NCBI GenBank assembly: GCA_963792415.1
Contig: CAWBVY010000006.1
Coordinates: 704,001-768,000 of the forward strand
DNA length: 64,000 nt
Source of the DNA: Candidatus Deferrimicrobiaceae bacterium
GTDB taxonomy: Bacteria; Desulfobacterota; Deferrimicrobia; Deferrimicrobiales; Deferrimicrobiaceae
Direction of reading: 5' to 3'
The position numbers and the translations under genes are program-made. The number at the start of each line of letters is the position of its first letter. Position 1 is the first letter of the stretch. This document shows, piece by piece, positions 21,435 through 31,418 of this stretch. The notes beneath the pieces were generated by a model. That model saw nothing but the letters and a program-made list of their open reading frames with translations, made no database searches and was not told the origin of the DNA.

Positions 21435-23479
21435 CCCGCCGCCCCCCTGTCCGGGAGTTTCTCTGGTGGTCCCTGCGCGCCCAGTGGGGGCTCGCGCTCG
21501 CCCTCCTCGCCCTCTTCACCGACGCGGCGCAATGGGCCCTCCTGCTCGCCGCCGGCGCGTGGGTCTCCGGCGTGGCGATGGACCGGGCGGACACGCCGCG
21601 TGCCGTCCTCTCCCGGTTCGGATCGCCGTTCGTGGCGCTCTTCCTTGCCGCCGCCGCGGCCGACCTCCTGTTCGGAAGCCGGGACCTCGTCGCCTCCCTT
21701 TCGCTGCTCATCCTCGGGGTGCAATCGGTGAAGTTCCTCCTCCCGAAGGGAAGCAGGGACGGATGGCAGCTGTGCGCCGTCGCCCTCCTCGAATTTCTCG
21801 CCGCCGCCGCCGGAACCGACGCGCTGGCCTTCGCCCTCTTCGCGTTCCTATTTTTCGTCGCCTCCGCCGCCGCGATGGGGGCCCTTCACGACCAGGAGGC
21901 GGAGGAGGCGGGGCGTCCGTCGGGAGGATACGCCGTCCCGGCGCGGGCGGCGGCGGGGGTGCTCCTTGCCGCGGGGGTCGGCGGGTTTCTCGCCTCGGCG
22001 GTCCTGTTCGCGGTCATTCCGCGTCTCGAGTTCCGCCAGATCCTCGAGCGGTTCGGACGACCCAGGGGCGTCGTCGGTTTCTCCGAGACGATGACCCTCC
22101 GCGAGGTGACCGGCATAAAATCGGACACGCGGGTGGTGGCGAGGGTCGAATTCCCGGAATTGCGCCCCGGGCTCCTCCCGGCGAACCTCTACCTTCGGGG
22201 CGCAGTGTATTCGCGGTATCGGGAGGGGGTTTGGCGCCAGGGCGCAGCGACTCCCCTCCCCGTTCCAAGGGCCGGATTCCTCCACTTCGTTGGAGATGCG
22301 GCCGTCCCGGATTCCACGGCGGACATCACCCTCGAGGCGGCGAACCACCCCGCCCTCTTCACCTACGGGCATCCGACGCAGATCGAGGGCGCGTTCCTCC
22401 CCGTTCTCTCGGACGGGGAGGGGAACCTCTCCCTTGCGCGCTCGGGGCACCCGACGCTCCGATACCGGGTCCGCTTCGCGGCGGACCTCCCCCGGCGATC
22501 CCGGAACGAGCGCCGGACGAATCCGGAGGATCTCGCTTTCCCCGAGGGGCACGAGGACGTGCGGGCCCTCGCGCGGAAGATCGCCGGCGGCACGGGGACC
22601 GTCGACGAACGCGCGAAACGGATCGTGGGCTTCTTCCTGTCCGGATTCCGCTACACCCTCTCCGATCCCGCCTCGTCGATCCGGGAGTTCCTGTTCCGGA
22701 AGCGGGCCGGCTACTGCGAGCATTTCGCCGCGGGACTGTCGCTGCTGCTGCGCGGCGCGGGGATTCCTTCCCGCGTCGCCGCCGGCTATCTCGGCGGCGA
22801 ATGGAACGGGGTCGGGAAGTACCTGATCGTCCGCCAATCGGATGCGCACGCGTGGGTCGAGGCCTGGATCGACGGGCGCTGGGTGACGCTCGACGCGACC
22901 CCGCCCTCCGGGGCCTCCTCTCCCTTCAGGACGCGAACGGGGACGATCGGGCTCTACGCGGACTGGCTCCGGCAGCGCTGGGACAAATACGTGGTCAACT
23001 ACTCGATGCGGATGCAGGCCGACGCGGTGAAGGAAGGCGTGCGCGCGGTCCGCCGGACCGGCGCGGCCTTCCGTTTCCGGGGATGGGCCGGGATCGGCGG
23101 CGCCGCGCGGGACGCCGCGGGCTGGGGACTTCTCGCCGCGACCGCGATCTTTCTGCTCTACCGGCATCTGCGGAAGCGGCGGATTTCCGCGGGAGATCGA
23201 TTCCCGCCCGGACGCTCGCCGCTCCCCGGCCCGTACGCCCGCCTCGTCCGGCGCCTCGATCGGAACCGGTTCCGGCGTCACCCGGGGGAGACCCTCGAAG
23301 AGACGCTGGCCGCCGCGGTGCGGTCGCGTCCCGACCTTGTGGAGGACGCCTCCCTCTTCCTCGACCTGTATCACCGGGACCGCTTCGGCCCGGCGCCGCT
23401 TCCTCCAAAAGCGCGGGAGGAGGCATTCCGCCTGGCGAAGCGGCTCGGGCACGGAATATCCGACACCGCGGCAACGTAG
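21431..23479 (+). CDS. Membrane transglutaminase-like protein (TgpA/DUF3488 type)
   Basis: Multi-TM N-terminus; catalytic triad motifs GYCEHFA, DAHAWVE, LDATP. Confidence 0.9.
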   Translation: MTRRPPVREFLWWSLRAQWGLALALLALFTDAAQWALLLAAGAWVSGVAMDRADTPRAVLSRFGSPFVALFLAAAAADLLFGSRDLVASLSLLILGVQSVKFLLPKGSRDGWQLCAVALLEFLAAAAGTDALAFALFAFLFFVASAAAMGALHDQEAEEAGRPSGGYAVPARAAAGVLLAAGVGGFLASAVLFAVIPRLEFRQILERFGRPRGVVGFSETMTLREVTGIKSDTRVVARVEFPELRPGLLPANLYLRGAVYSRYREGVWRQGAATPLPVPRAGFLHFVGDAAVPDSTADITLEAANHPALFTYGHPTQIEGAFLPVLSDGEGNLSLARSGHPTLRYRVRFAADLPRRSRNERRTNPEDLAFPEGHEDVRALARKIAGGTGTVDERAKRIVGFFLSGFRYTLSDPASSIREFLFRKRAGYCEHFAAGLSLLLRGAGIPSRVAAGYLGGEWNGVGKYLIVRQSDAHAWVEAWIDGRWVTLDATPPSGASSPFRTRTGTIGLYADWLRQRWDKYVVNYSMRMQADAVKEGVRAVRRTGAAFRFRGWAGIGGAARDAAGWGLLAATAIFLLYRHLRKRRISAGDRFPPGRSPLPGPYARLVRRLDRNRFRRHPGETLEETLAAAVRSRPDLVEDASLFLDLYHRDRFGPAPLPPKAREEAFRLAKRLGHGISDTAAT

Positions 23480-23496
23480 CGCACGCCAGCCTCCCC

Positions 23497-23512
23497 CGGC
23501 ACACCGGTTGCT
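23497..23512 (+). promoter_or_regulatory. Putative sigma-54 (-24/-12) promoter upstream of comM
   Basis: CGGCAC-ACCGG-TTGCT with exact GG-N10-GC spacing, in the intergenic region. Confidence 0.55.
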
Positions 23513-23555
23513 TTCTTCCAGGCAGGATTCCACACCGCCCAGGAGGTCCTCTCCC

Positions 23556-25094
23556 TTGCTCGTTCGCGCCCTGTCCTTCGCCGTTCTCGGGATCGACGCG
23601 GTTCCCGTGGAAGTGGAGGCCGACATCACCCACGGCCTCCCCTCCTACACCGTCGTCGGGCTCCCCGGGGGAGCGGTCCGGGAAAGCGACGACCGGATCC
23701 GGGCCGCCGTACGCAACTCCGGACTCCCCTTCCCGGGCCGGAAGGTCACCGTCAACCTGGCGCCGGCCGATCTGCGGAAGGACGGTTCGCTCCTCGACCT
23801 GCCGATCGCCCTGTCGGTTCTCTCCGCAGAGGGTGTCCTTCCGGGAGAAGCGCTGGCCGGGTGGATGATCGCGGGGGAACTCTCCCTCGACGGCACGGTC
23901 CGTCCGATCCGCGGGGCCCTCGCCCAGGCGATCCTCGCGCGGAAGCTTCGGATTCCGGGGGTCATCACTCCCTTCGACAACGGGGACGAGGCGCGACTGG
24001 TCCCGGGGATCCGGGTGGCCGCGGTCCGGTCCCTCCGCGAGGCGGCGGCCGTCCTCACGGGCGAGGAGCCTCCCGCCAATGGAACCGACGCCGATCCCCG
24101 GGGCGCCAATCCGAAGGACACCGGCGCTCCCGCTCCGGAGCGCGTCCCCGATCTCTCCGACGTGGTCGGCCAACCGATGGCGCGCCGGGCCCTGGAGATC
24201 GCGGCGGCGGGGTGCCACGCGATGCTCTTCGTCGGACCGCCGGGGTGCGGAAAGACGATGCTGGCGGAACGCCTTCCCGGAATCCTCCCCGACCTGTCGG
24301 CGTCGGAAGCCCTCGACGCAACGCGCATCTACGGAGCGTCCGGGGAACCGCCGTGGCCCCGCCCTCTCCTCCAGCGTCCGTTCCGGGCGCCGAACCCGTC
24401 GATCACCGCCGCCGGTCTTCTGGGCGGTGGAAACCCGCCCCGGCCGGGCGAGATCTCCTTCGCCCACTGCGGCGTGCTGTTCCTCGACGAATTCTCCGAA
24501 TTCCACGCCGAGGTCCGGGAGGCGCTGCGGCAGCCGGTCGAATCGGGAGAGGTCCGGATCTCGCGATCCGGTCACCGGTACCGGTTCCCGTGCCGGTTCC
24601 TGCTGCTGGCGGCGACCAACCCGTGCCCGTGCGGCAACGCGGGCCACCCCAGGAAAGTCTGCCGGTGCTCCCCGCCGCTCCTCGACCGTTTCTCGAGAAA
24701 ATTCTCGGGGCCCCTCCTCGACCGGATCGACCTCGCGGTTTCCGTGCAACCGGTCGCGGTCGAGGCGTGGTCCGGCGAGGCGCGCGGCGAATCGTCCGCG
24801 GCGGTCCGGCGTCGGGTTGAGGCGTGCAGGACGGTTCAGGAAGCGCGGTACGCGGGACGGGCATCCCGGACGAACGGGACCGTCCGCTCCGGGACGGCGG
24901 AGCTGCTGCGGGAGCTCACCCCGGAGGCGGCCGCGTTCCTCACGCGGGCCGCGGAACGGCTCTCCCTCTCGGGGAGGGCGATCGGGAAGGCATGCCGCGT
25001 GGCGCGGACGATCGCCGATCTCGCCGGCGAGCGCCGGGCGGGACTCCCCCACGCCGCCGAAGCCCTCCAGTACCGCCTGTCGGGATTCGGGTGA
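23556..25094 (+). CDS. comM: ComM/YifB Mg-chelatase-like AAA+ ATPase
   Basis: VGLPGGAVRES, VNLAPADLRK, GELSLDG, GPPGCGKTM, NPCPCG; AGGAGG RBS followed by TTG. Confidence 0.92.
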   Translation: MLVRALSFAVLGIDAVPVEVEADITHGLPSYTVVGLPGGAVRESDDRIRAAVRNSGLPFPGRKVTVNLAPADLRKDGSLLDLPIALSVLSAEGVLPGEALAGWMIAGELSLDGTVRPIRGALAQAILARKLRIPGVITPFDNGDEARLVPGIRVAAVRSLREAAAVLTGEEPPANGTDADPRGANPKDTGAPAPERVPDLSDVVGQPMARRALEIAAAGCHAMLFVGPPGCGKTMLAERLPGILPDLSASEALDATRIYGASGEPPWPRPLLQRPFRAPNPSITAAGLLGGGNPPRPGEISFAHCGVLFLDEFSEFHAEVREALRQPVESGEVRISRSGHRYRFPCRFLLLAATNPCPCGNAGHPRKVCRCSPPLLDRFSRKFSGPLLDRIDLAVSVQPVAVEAWSGEARGESSAAVRRRVEACRTVQEARYAGRASRTNGTVRSGTAELLRELTPEAAAFLTRAAERLSLSGRAIGKACRVARTIADLAGERRAGLPHAAEALQYRLSGFG

Positions 25095-25096
25095 GC

Positions 25097-26116
25097 TTAC
25101 AGCCGGTCGGCGATGTCCCAGAACACCTTTTCGACGTAGTTGCGGAAGCCGTGGATGAAGGCGCAGCGGGTGTGGAACATCGCGAGCGATCCGCAGAAGT
25201 AGAGGCCCGGGACGCTCGACTCCCCGACCGTGGAGATGCGGGGATACCCCTTCTCCCCGACGTCGACCGGGCCGCCCTCGACAGGGATCCAGCGGGGGCG
25301 ATACCCCGTGGCGCAGACGATCCAGTCGAACGACTCCCGCGCACCGGAGGCGAATGCCGCCGTCCCGTCCGAAAGGGAGACGACCGGGTCCGCCTCGCGC
25401 AGGGAGAGGATCCCGAAGCGGAACAGCTCCTTCAGGACGCTCTCCGACGTGCCGCGGATATCATGCAGATCCCCGGACTCGCTGAAGTAGCGCAGCGGAG
25501 CGCGGGTGCACATCGTCGTAAGCGCGGTCCCGGCGAGCTCGATGCACAGTTCCGCGGCGGAGTTCCCGCCGCCGATCACGAGCACCCGCTTCCGGTCGTA
25601 CGCCATGCAGTTGAGGAAGTCTCCCGAATGGAGCACCCGCGGGTTCCCGTCGATCCCCGGGATCTCCGGATAGCGGGGCACCGAGGCGCTTCCCGTGGCG
25701 ATCACGAGGAACCGGCAGGGGATCTCGGGGCCGCCGCCCACGGAAACGGCGAACCCCTCCGGCGTCCGCCGGGCGCCGACGACCTCGGTGCGCTCGGCGA
25801 CCTCGACGCCCAGATCGCGCGCGAAGGCCTCCACGTAGCAAAGAAAATCCTCCCGGGTCGGGAAGGGGCGCCGCACGCCGGGGAAGGACCAGATGGGACG
25901 ATCCAGGGTCAGGGAGGTCCAGTCGGTGCCGGGAACCCCCGGGGAGAGAAGAACCATTCCGGGGCGCATGTCGCGCCACGACTGTACGATCTTCCCCCGC
26001 TCGAGGACCTTGTGACGAATCCCGTGCTCCCGGAAGTGGTGGGCCAGGAGGATCCCGGCCGGCCCACCCCCGACGATGACGACGTCTGTCACGTTGCCCG
26101 CCTCTCCCTTCGACAT
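25097..26116 (-). CDS. FAD/NAD(P)-dependent oxidoreductase (flavin monooxygenase-like)
   Basis: Two Rossmann motifs GGGPAG and GGGNSA; ATG motifs (IATG, CATGY). Confidence 0.8.
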   Translation of the reverse strand: MSKGEAGNVTDVVIVGGGPAGILLAHHFREHGIRHKVLERGKIVQSWRDMRPGMVLLSPGVPGTDWTSLTLDRPIWSFPGVRRPFPTREDFLCYVEAFARDLGVEVAERTEVVGARRTPEGFAVSVGGGPEIPCRFLVIATGSASVPRYPEIPGIDGNPRVLHSGDFLNCMAYDRKRVLVIGGGNSAAELCIELAGTALTTMCTRAPLRYFSESGDLHDIRGTSESVLKELFRFGILSLREADPVVSLSDGTAAFASGARESFDWIVCATGYRPRWIPVEGGPVDVGEKGYPRISTVGESSVPGLYFCGSLAMFHTRCAFIHGFRNYVEKVFWDIADRL

Positions 26117-26204
26117 TCCCCAGCGTCCTGATCCGATGTAGTATATAGGTTCCGACTTCCGGTTGTTCCACGACGCGATCGGTTTCCCGGGGAGGTTTTC
26201 GAAG

Positions 26205-26233
26205 TTGACAGGGGAAACCTCTTTCCCTATAGT
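26205..26233 (+). promoter_or_regulatory. Near-consensus sigma70 promoter for the rplU operon
   Basis: TTGACA-N17-TATAGT. Confidence 0.8.
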
Positions 26234-26271
26234 GGTTTGTTCTTATCGAACCGCATGGAGGGCACGATCCT

Positions 26272-26586
26272 ATGTACGCAGTTGTCCGCACAGGGGGGAA
26301 GCAGCTCCGCGTCTCCCCGGGCGATGTCGTCAACGTCGAGAAACTTTCGGTCGAGCCCGGCGCGACCGTCGAACTCACGGACGTGCTGATGGTGTCGACC
26401 GAGCAGGGAACCACCGTGGGGACTCCCACCGTCGAGGGCGCCTCCGTGATCTGCACGGCGGTCAGGGACGGCAAGGGGAAGAAGATCACCATCTACAAGT
26501 ACAAGAGGCGGAAGGGCTTCTCGAAGAAACAGGGGCACCGCCAGCCGTTCACCACGCTTTCCGTGACCGAAATCCGGGTCGGTTGA
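26272..26586 (+). CDS. rplU: 50S ribosomal protein L21
   Basis: [11 protein letters not shown]...GHRQPFT. Confidence 0.98.
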   Translation: MYAVVRTGGKQLRVSPGDVVNVEKLSVEPGATVELTDVLMVSTEQGTTVGTPTVEGASVICTAVRDGKGKKITIYKYKRRKGFSKKQGHRQPFTTLSVTEIRVG

Positions 26587-26611
26587 CCCGCGGGGAAGGG
26601 GCCAGGACACC

Positions 26612-26869
26612 ATGGCGCATAAAAAAGGCGTCGGCAGTTCGAGAAACGGGCGGGACAGCCAGAGCAAGCGTCTCGGCGTGAAGCGGTTCGGCGGCGAGTC
26701 CGTTTCCGCCGGGAGCATCATCATCCGCCAGCGGGGTACCGCGATCCACCCGGGAGACAACGTCGGGATCGGGAAGGATCACACCCTCTTCGCGCTGATC
26801 GACGGCGTGGTCCAGTTCGCCCGCATGGGAAAAGATCGCAAGAGGGTTTCCGTCCTCTCCGCCTCGTAG
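26612..26869 (+). CDS. rpmA: 50S ribosomal protein L27
   Basis: [16 protein letters not shown]. Confidence 0.98.
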   Translation: MAHKKGVGSSRNGRDSQSKRLGVKRFGGESVSAGSIIIRQRGTAIHPGDNVGIGKDHTLFALIDGVVQFARMGKDRKRVSVLSAS

Positions 26870-26881
26870 CGCCCCCCGTTC

Positions 26882-27889
26882 ATGCACTTCATCGATGAAG
26901 CCACGATCACCGTCCGGTCCGGGGACGGTGGTCGGGGCTGCGTCAGTTTTCGCCGGGAAAAATTCGTTCCCCGCGGCGGCCCCGACGGCGGCGACGGGGG
27001 GAACGGCGGGAGCGTCCTCGTCGAAGTGAGCCCGAACCTCTCCACCCTGCTCGACTTCCGGTACCGGAACCTGTTCAAGGCGGCGCGCGGCCAGCACGGC
27101 ATGGGAAAGAACATGCACGGGAAGGGGGCGCCCGACCGACGGATCGCCGTGCCCCCAGGGACGATCGTCACCGACGCGGATACCGGCGAGATCCTCGCGG
27201 ATCTCACGCGAACCGGGGAAACGGTCCTGGTCGCGAAGGGGGGGCGCGGGGGCCGGGGCAATTCGGCGTTCACCTCCTCCGTGAACCAGGCCCCGGACCA
27301 GGCGGAACCCGGGCGCCCCGGGCGGGAGCGGCGCCTGCGGCTCGAACTCAAGCTGATCGCGGAGATCGGGCTCATCGGCCTCCCGAACGCCGGGAAATCG
27401 ACCCTTCTTTCGCGGATCTCCCGGGCACACCCGAAGATCGCGGATTACCCGTTCACGACCCTCTCCCCCGTCCTCGGAGTGGTTTCCCACCGGGACGAGG
27501 AGATCGTCGTCGCGGACCTGCCGGGCCTGATCGAGGGCGCGCACCGTGGCGTGGGGCTGGGGCACCGGTTCCTGCGGCACGCCGAGCGGACGGAGGGGCT
27601 CATCCACCTGCTCGACGCGTCGCAGGATCCCGACGGGATCGTCGTGGCCTACCGCACCATCCGCGACGAAATGGAGAAGTTCGGTCCCGAACTCGCGGCA
27701 CGTCCCACCCTGCTCGCCTTCACCAAGATGGACCTGACGGGGGCCCGGGAAAACGCCGAGCGCGCCCTGGATTCGATCCGCCACCCCGCGGGGGGGATCC
27801 ATTTCATCTCCGCGGCCACCGGGGAGGGGATCGCGCCCCTGCTCGACGGGATGCTGGCCTTGAGAAAGAGGGAGACCGATGTCGCCTGA
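26882..27889 (+). CDS. obgE: GTPase ObgE/CgtA
   Basis: FRREKFVPRGGPDGGDGG, GLPNAGKST, YPFTT, DLPG. Confidence 0.97.
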   Translation: MHFIDEATITVRSGDGGRGCVSFRREKFVPRGGPDGGDGGNGGSVLVEVSPNLSTLLDFRYRNLFKAARGQHGMGKNMHGKGAPDRRIAVPPGTIVTDADTGEILADLTRTGETVLVAKGGRGGRGNSAFTSSVNQAPDQAEPGRPGRERRLRLELKLIAEIGLIGLPNAGKSTLLSRISRAHPKIADYPFTTLSPVLGVVSHRDEEIVVADLPGLIEGAHRGVGLGHRFLRHAERTEGLIHLLDASQDPDGIVVAYRTIRDEMEKFGPELAARPTLLAFTKMDLTGARENAERALDSIRHPAGGIHFISAATGEGIAPLLDGMLALRKRETDVA

Positions 27890-29102
27890 GGGGACGGCCG
27901 CGAAACGCGGGAAGGCCGGTTCCCGACTTCCCGGGATCCGGCGGGTCGTGGTCAAGCTGGGAAGCGGCACGGTCACCGATCCGGGGAAGGGGTTGCGGGA
28001 GCCGACGATCCGCGCACTCGCGGCACAACTCTCCTCCGCCTGGACGGAGTTCGGCGTTTCCTTCGTCGTGGTCACCTCCGGGGCGATCGCCGCGGGGAGG
28101 AAGAAGCTGGGGATGGTCGAGCGCCCCCGGACGGTGGCGCTCAAGCAGGCAGCGGCAGCCGTCGGGCAGACGTCCCTGATGCGCGCCTATGAGCGTGCGT
28201 TCGAGAAGCGCGGTCGCCACGTGGCGCAACTGCTCCTCACCCACGAGGATTTCGAGGATCGGAAGCGGTACGTGAACGCGAGGAACACGCTTTTCACCCT
28301 GCTCTCCCGTGGGATCGTCCCGATCATCAACGAGAACGACACGGTGGCGACCGAGGAGATCCGTCTGGAAGGGGACGGGGGGGGGGCGAACGACCACCTG
28401 GCGACGCTGGTGACCCAGATGATCGGTGCGGACCTGCTGATCCTGCTCACCGACAGCGACGGGCTCTTCACGAAGGATCCCCACCGGCACCCCGACGCCC
28501 GCCGCATCCCGGTCGTGCGGGACATCGACGACGAGTCGGTCCTTGCAGCCGTCGGCCGGCGCATCTCCGCGGAAGGAACCGGGGGGATGGCGTCGAAGAT
28601 CCAGGCGGCCAGGATCCTTTCGGCGTCCGGGGTCCCGGTCGTAATCGCCTCGGGGCTCTCCCGGCGATCGGTCCTCGACGCGTTGGCGGGGAAGGACGCG
28701 GGGACGCTCATCCTGCCGCGGGCCGCCGGGAAGCTTTCGAGCCGCAAGATGTGGATCGCGTACGCCCGCCACTCCCAGGGGACCGTTCTCGTGGACGACG
28801 GCGCGCGGAAGGTGCTCCTGGAGGGAGGGAAGAGCCTCCTGCCCGCGGGAGTGATCGGGACGCAGGGGCGGTTCCTTCCGGGGGACATGGTCTCCATCGC
28901 CGATCCCCGGGGGCGGGTCTTCGCGCGGGGGATCGCCCGGTGGGGCAGCGAACAGGTGGACCTGGGGAAGGGAAAACGCAGCACGGAGGTCCGCATTCTC
29001 CTCGGGCCGGAGACCCCGTCCGAGGTCGTCCACCGCGACGACCTGACGATCCTGCCGCACTCCGGCACTTCCGAATCGAGGAAGGGAGCCGCACCCAGAT
29101 GA
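27879..29102 (+). CDS. proB: Glutamate 5-kinase (with PUA domain)
   Basis: [35 protein letters not shown]. Confidence 0.96.
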   Translation: MSPEGTAAKRGKAGSRLPGIRRVVVKLGSGTVTDPGKGLREPTIRALAAQLSSAWTEFGVSFVVVTSGAIAAGRKKLGMVERPRTVALKQAAAAVGQTSLMRAYERAFEKRGRHVAQLLLTHEDFEDRKRYVNARNTLFTLLSRGIVPIINENDTVATEEIRLEGDGGGANDHLATLVTQMIGADLLILLTDSDGLFTKDPHRHPDARRIPVVRDIDDESVLAAVGRRISAEGTGGMASKIQAARILSASGVPVVIASGLSRRSVLDALAGKDAGTLILPRAAGKLSSRKMWIAYARHSQGTVLVDDGARKVLLEGGKSLLPAGVIGTQGRFLPGDMVSIADPRGRVFARGIARWGSEQVDLGKGKRSTEVRILLGPETPSEVVHRDDLTILPHSGTSESRKGAAPR

Positions 29103-30367
29103 TCGCGAACGAGACGACCGAGGCGGTGGTGGAGCGGATCTGCAAGGCGGCGAAGACGGCGGCGCCTCCGCTGGCCCGGGCGGGAACGGCGGCCCGAAAC
29201 GACGCCCTTCGTGCCATGGCGCGGGGGATACGAGACCGGGCGGAGTTCCTGAAGGTGGAGAATGCCGGGGATGTGGCGGCCGGAGAGGCCCGGGGTCTTT
29301 CGGCCGCGATGATCGACCGCCTGCGCCTGACCGACAGGGTGATCGCGCAGATGGCGGACGGGATCGACGAGGTGGCGGCGCTCCCGGATCCCCTCGGCGG
29401 GATCGAGCGGCTTTCGCCCCGCCCGAACGGCCTTCTGGTCGGACGGATGCGGATCCCCCTCGGAGTGATCGCGATCATCTACGAGTCGCGCCCCAACGTC
29501 ACCGCGGACGCCGCGGCCCTGTGCGTCAAGTCCGGGAACGCCGTGATCCTGCGCGGGGGGTCGGAGGCGATCCGCTCGAACGTTGCGATCGCGGGGATCC
29601 TTCGGGAAGCGCTTGCCGGGGCCGGACTGCCGGAGGACGCCGTTTCCCTCGTGCCGAGAACCGACCGGGCCGCGATCGACGTCCTGCTTACGAAGGAGGA
29701 GTACATCGACCTGGTCATCCCGCGGGGGGGCGAGGGGCTCATCCGGAGCGTGGCGGAAAAGTCCCGCATCCCGGTGATCAAGCATTACAAGGGGGTCTGC
29801 CACGTCTACGTGGACGAGGGGGCCGAGATCCCGCTCGCGGTGCGGGTCTGCGTGAACGCGAAGGCGCAGCGCCCCGGAGTCTGCAACGCCATGGAAACCC
29901 TCCTCGTGCACGAGGGGATCGCGTCCGAGTTTCTTCCCGAGGCGGCGAGGGCGCTTTCCGCCGCGGGCGTCGCGATCCGCGGCTGCCCGGAGACGGTGCG
30001 ACTCGTCCCGGCCGCCGTCCCCGCCCAGGAAAAGGACTGGGGGACCGAATACCTCGACCTCATCCTCGCCGTGCGCGTGGTCCCGTCGATCGACGCGGCG
30101 ATGGAGCACATCCGGATGCACGGGTCCCTGCACACCGAGGCGATCCTCACCCGCGACCACGGCCGCGCGATGCGCTTCCTGCGCGAGGTCGACTCGTCGC
30201 TCGTGCTGGTGAACGCCTCGACCCGCTTCAACGACGGCTACCAGCTCGGGCTGGGGGCGGAGATCGGCATCAGCACGACGAAGATCCACGCCTTCGGGCC
30301 GATGGGGCTGTCCGAGCTCACCACGACAAAATTCGTCGCCTTCGGCGACGGTCAGGTGCGGCAGTAG
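29099..30367 (+). CDS. proA: Glutamate-5-semialdehyde dehydrogenase
   Basis: [38 protein letters not shown]. Confidence 0.97.
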   Translation: MIANETTEAVVERICKAAKTAAPPLARAGTAARNDALRAMARGIRDRAEFLKVENAGDVAAGEARGLSAAMIDRLRLTDRVIAQMADGIDEVAALPDPLGGIERLSPRPNGLLVGRMRIPLGVIAIIYESRPNVTADAAALCVKSGNAVILRGGSEAIRSNVAIAGILREALAGAGLPEDAVSLVPRTDRAAIDVLLTKEEYIDLVIPRGGEGLIRSVAEKSRIPVIKHYKGVCHVYVDEGAEIPLAVRVCVNAKAQRPGVCNAMETLLVHEGIASEFLPEAARALSAAGVAIRGCPETVRLVPAAVPAQEKDWGTEYLDLILAVRVVPSIDAAMEHIRMHGSLHTEAILTRDHGRAMRFLREVDSSLVLVNASTRFNDGYQLGLGAEIGISTTKIHAFGPMGLSELTTTKFVAFGDGQVRQ

Positions 30368-31041
30368 TGGAAGGAAGGAGTCCCCGGATCGCCATCTTCG
30401 GCGGCACCTTCGACCCGTTCCACAACGGCCACCTTCGGATGGCCGTGGAGGTAATGGAAGGGCTCCCGCTGACCGCCCTCTTCCTGGTCCCGTCGGCCCG
30501 CCCCCCCCACAAGCCTTCCCGGCCGATGGCCCCCGCGGAGGATCGCCTCGCGATGGCGTCCGCCGCCGTCGCCGGGATCGAGGGGATCTCCGTCCTGGAC
30601 CTCGAACTTCGCCGCGAAGGCCCTTCGTACTCCCTTCTCACGGTCCGGGAAGTGTCCGAAGGGAACCCGGGAGCCGACCTCCTGTTCCTGATCGGCGCCG
30701 ATGCGTTCGCGGAGATCTCCACATGGCACCGGTACCGCGATCTCCTCGCAGCGTGTGATTTCCTGCTCCTCCCCCGGCCGGGGATTTCTCCCGAGGCGTC
30801 GTTCCCTCCCGGGATCCTCATTGAACCCGATGGGAACCGTTGCTATAATCTTCCCGGGTGTTCCTACCGTCTCCCCGGCGGGCGCCGGCTGCATTGCCCG
30901 GTTCTTCCGGTCCTGGAAATTTCGTCGCGTTCCATCCGGGAAAAGGTTCGGCGGGGGAGATCGCTCCGGGGGCTGGTGCCTCCCGAGGTCGAGCGGCACA
31001 TCACGGAACACGGCCTGTACCGTGGGAAAGAAAGAGGGTAG
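30367..31041 (+). CDS. nadD: Nicotinate-nucleotide adenylyltransferase
   Basis: FGGTFDPFHNGH, PPHK, IGADAF, ISSRSIR; GTG start overlaps the proA stop. Confidence 0.95.
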   Translation: MEGRSPRIAIFGGTFDPFHNGHLRMAVEVMEGLPLTALFLVPSARPPHKPSRPMAPAEDRLAMASAAVAGIEGISVLDLELRREGPSYSLLTVREVSEGNPGADLLFLIGADAFAEISTWHRYRDLLAACDFLLLPRPGISPEASFPPGILIEPDGNRCYNLPGCSYRLPGGRRLHCPVLPVLEISSRSIREKVRRGRSLRGLVPPEVERHITEHGLYRGKERG

Positions 31042-31047
31042 CCGGTC

Positions 31048-31398
31048 ATCACCACGCGGGACATACTGCTTCGATGCGCCGGCCTCGCGCGGGAGAAAAA
31101 GGGGTTCGACATCCTCGCCCTCGACGTCCGGGAGCACGCCGGCTTCACCGACTACTTTCTCCTCTGCTCGGGGAGTTCCGACCGGCAGGTCCAGGCCCTG
31201 TCGAATCACATCGCGGAAACGCTGAAAAAGGAGCAGGGGGTCAAGCCCCTCGGCACCGAAGGGCTTCGCGAAGGGCGTTGGGTGCTCCTCGACTACGGTG
31301 ATTTCGTGGTGCACGTGTTCCAGGACAGCGTGCGTGAGTTCTACAACTTCGACCAGTTGTGGGGGGCGGCGCCCGAGGTGCCGGTTCCACAGGAATAG
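31048..31398 (+). CDS. rsfS: Ribosome silencing factor RsfS (no canonical start codon; ATC assumed)
   Basis: Manual translation: ITTRDILLRCAGLAREKKGFDILALDV...TDYFLLCSGSSDRQVQAL...WVLLDYGDFVVHVF...REFYNFDQLW. Missing from the ORF track. Confidence 0.9.
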   Translation: MTTRDILLRCAGLAREKKGFDILALDVREHAGFTDYFLLCSGSSDRQVQALSNHIAETLKKEQGVKPLGTEGLREGRWVLLDYGDFVVHVFQDSVREFYNFDQLWGAAPEVPVPQE

Positions 31399-31418
31399 GC
31401 CCGGAGGGCACGGCGCCG

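Noticed and set aside
19546-23479. MoxR-DUF58-transglutaminase triad as a novel system
   Set aside because: This is a widespread, already described operon type, and nothing atypical was seen in its motifs.
31039-31041. Pyrrolysine decoding of the nadD TAG
   Set aside because: No pyl genes are visible, the TAG falls at the natural NadD C-terminus, and many genes here end in TAG. Generic readthrough is kept only as an alternative hypothesis.
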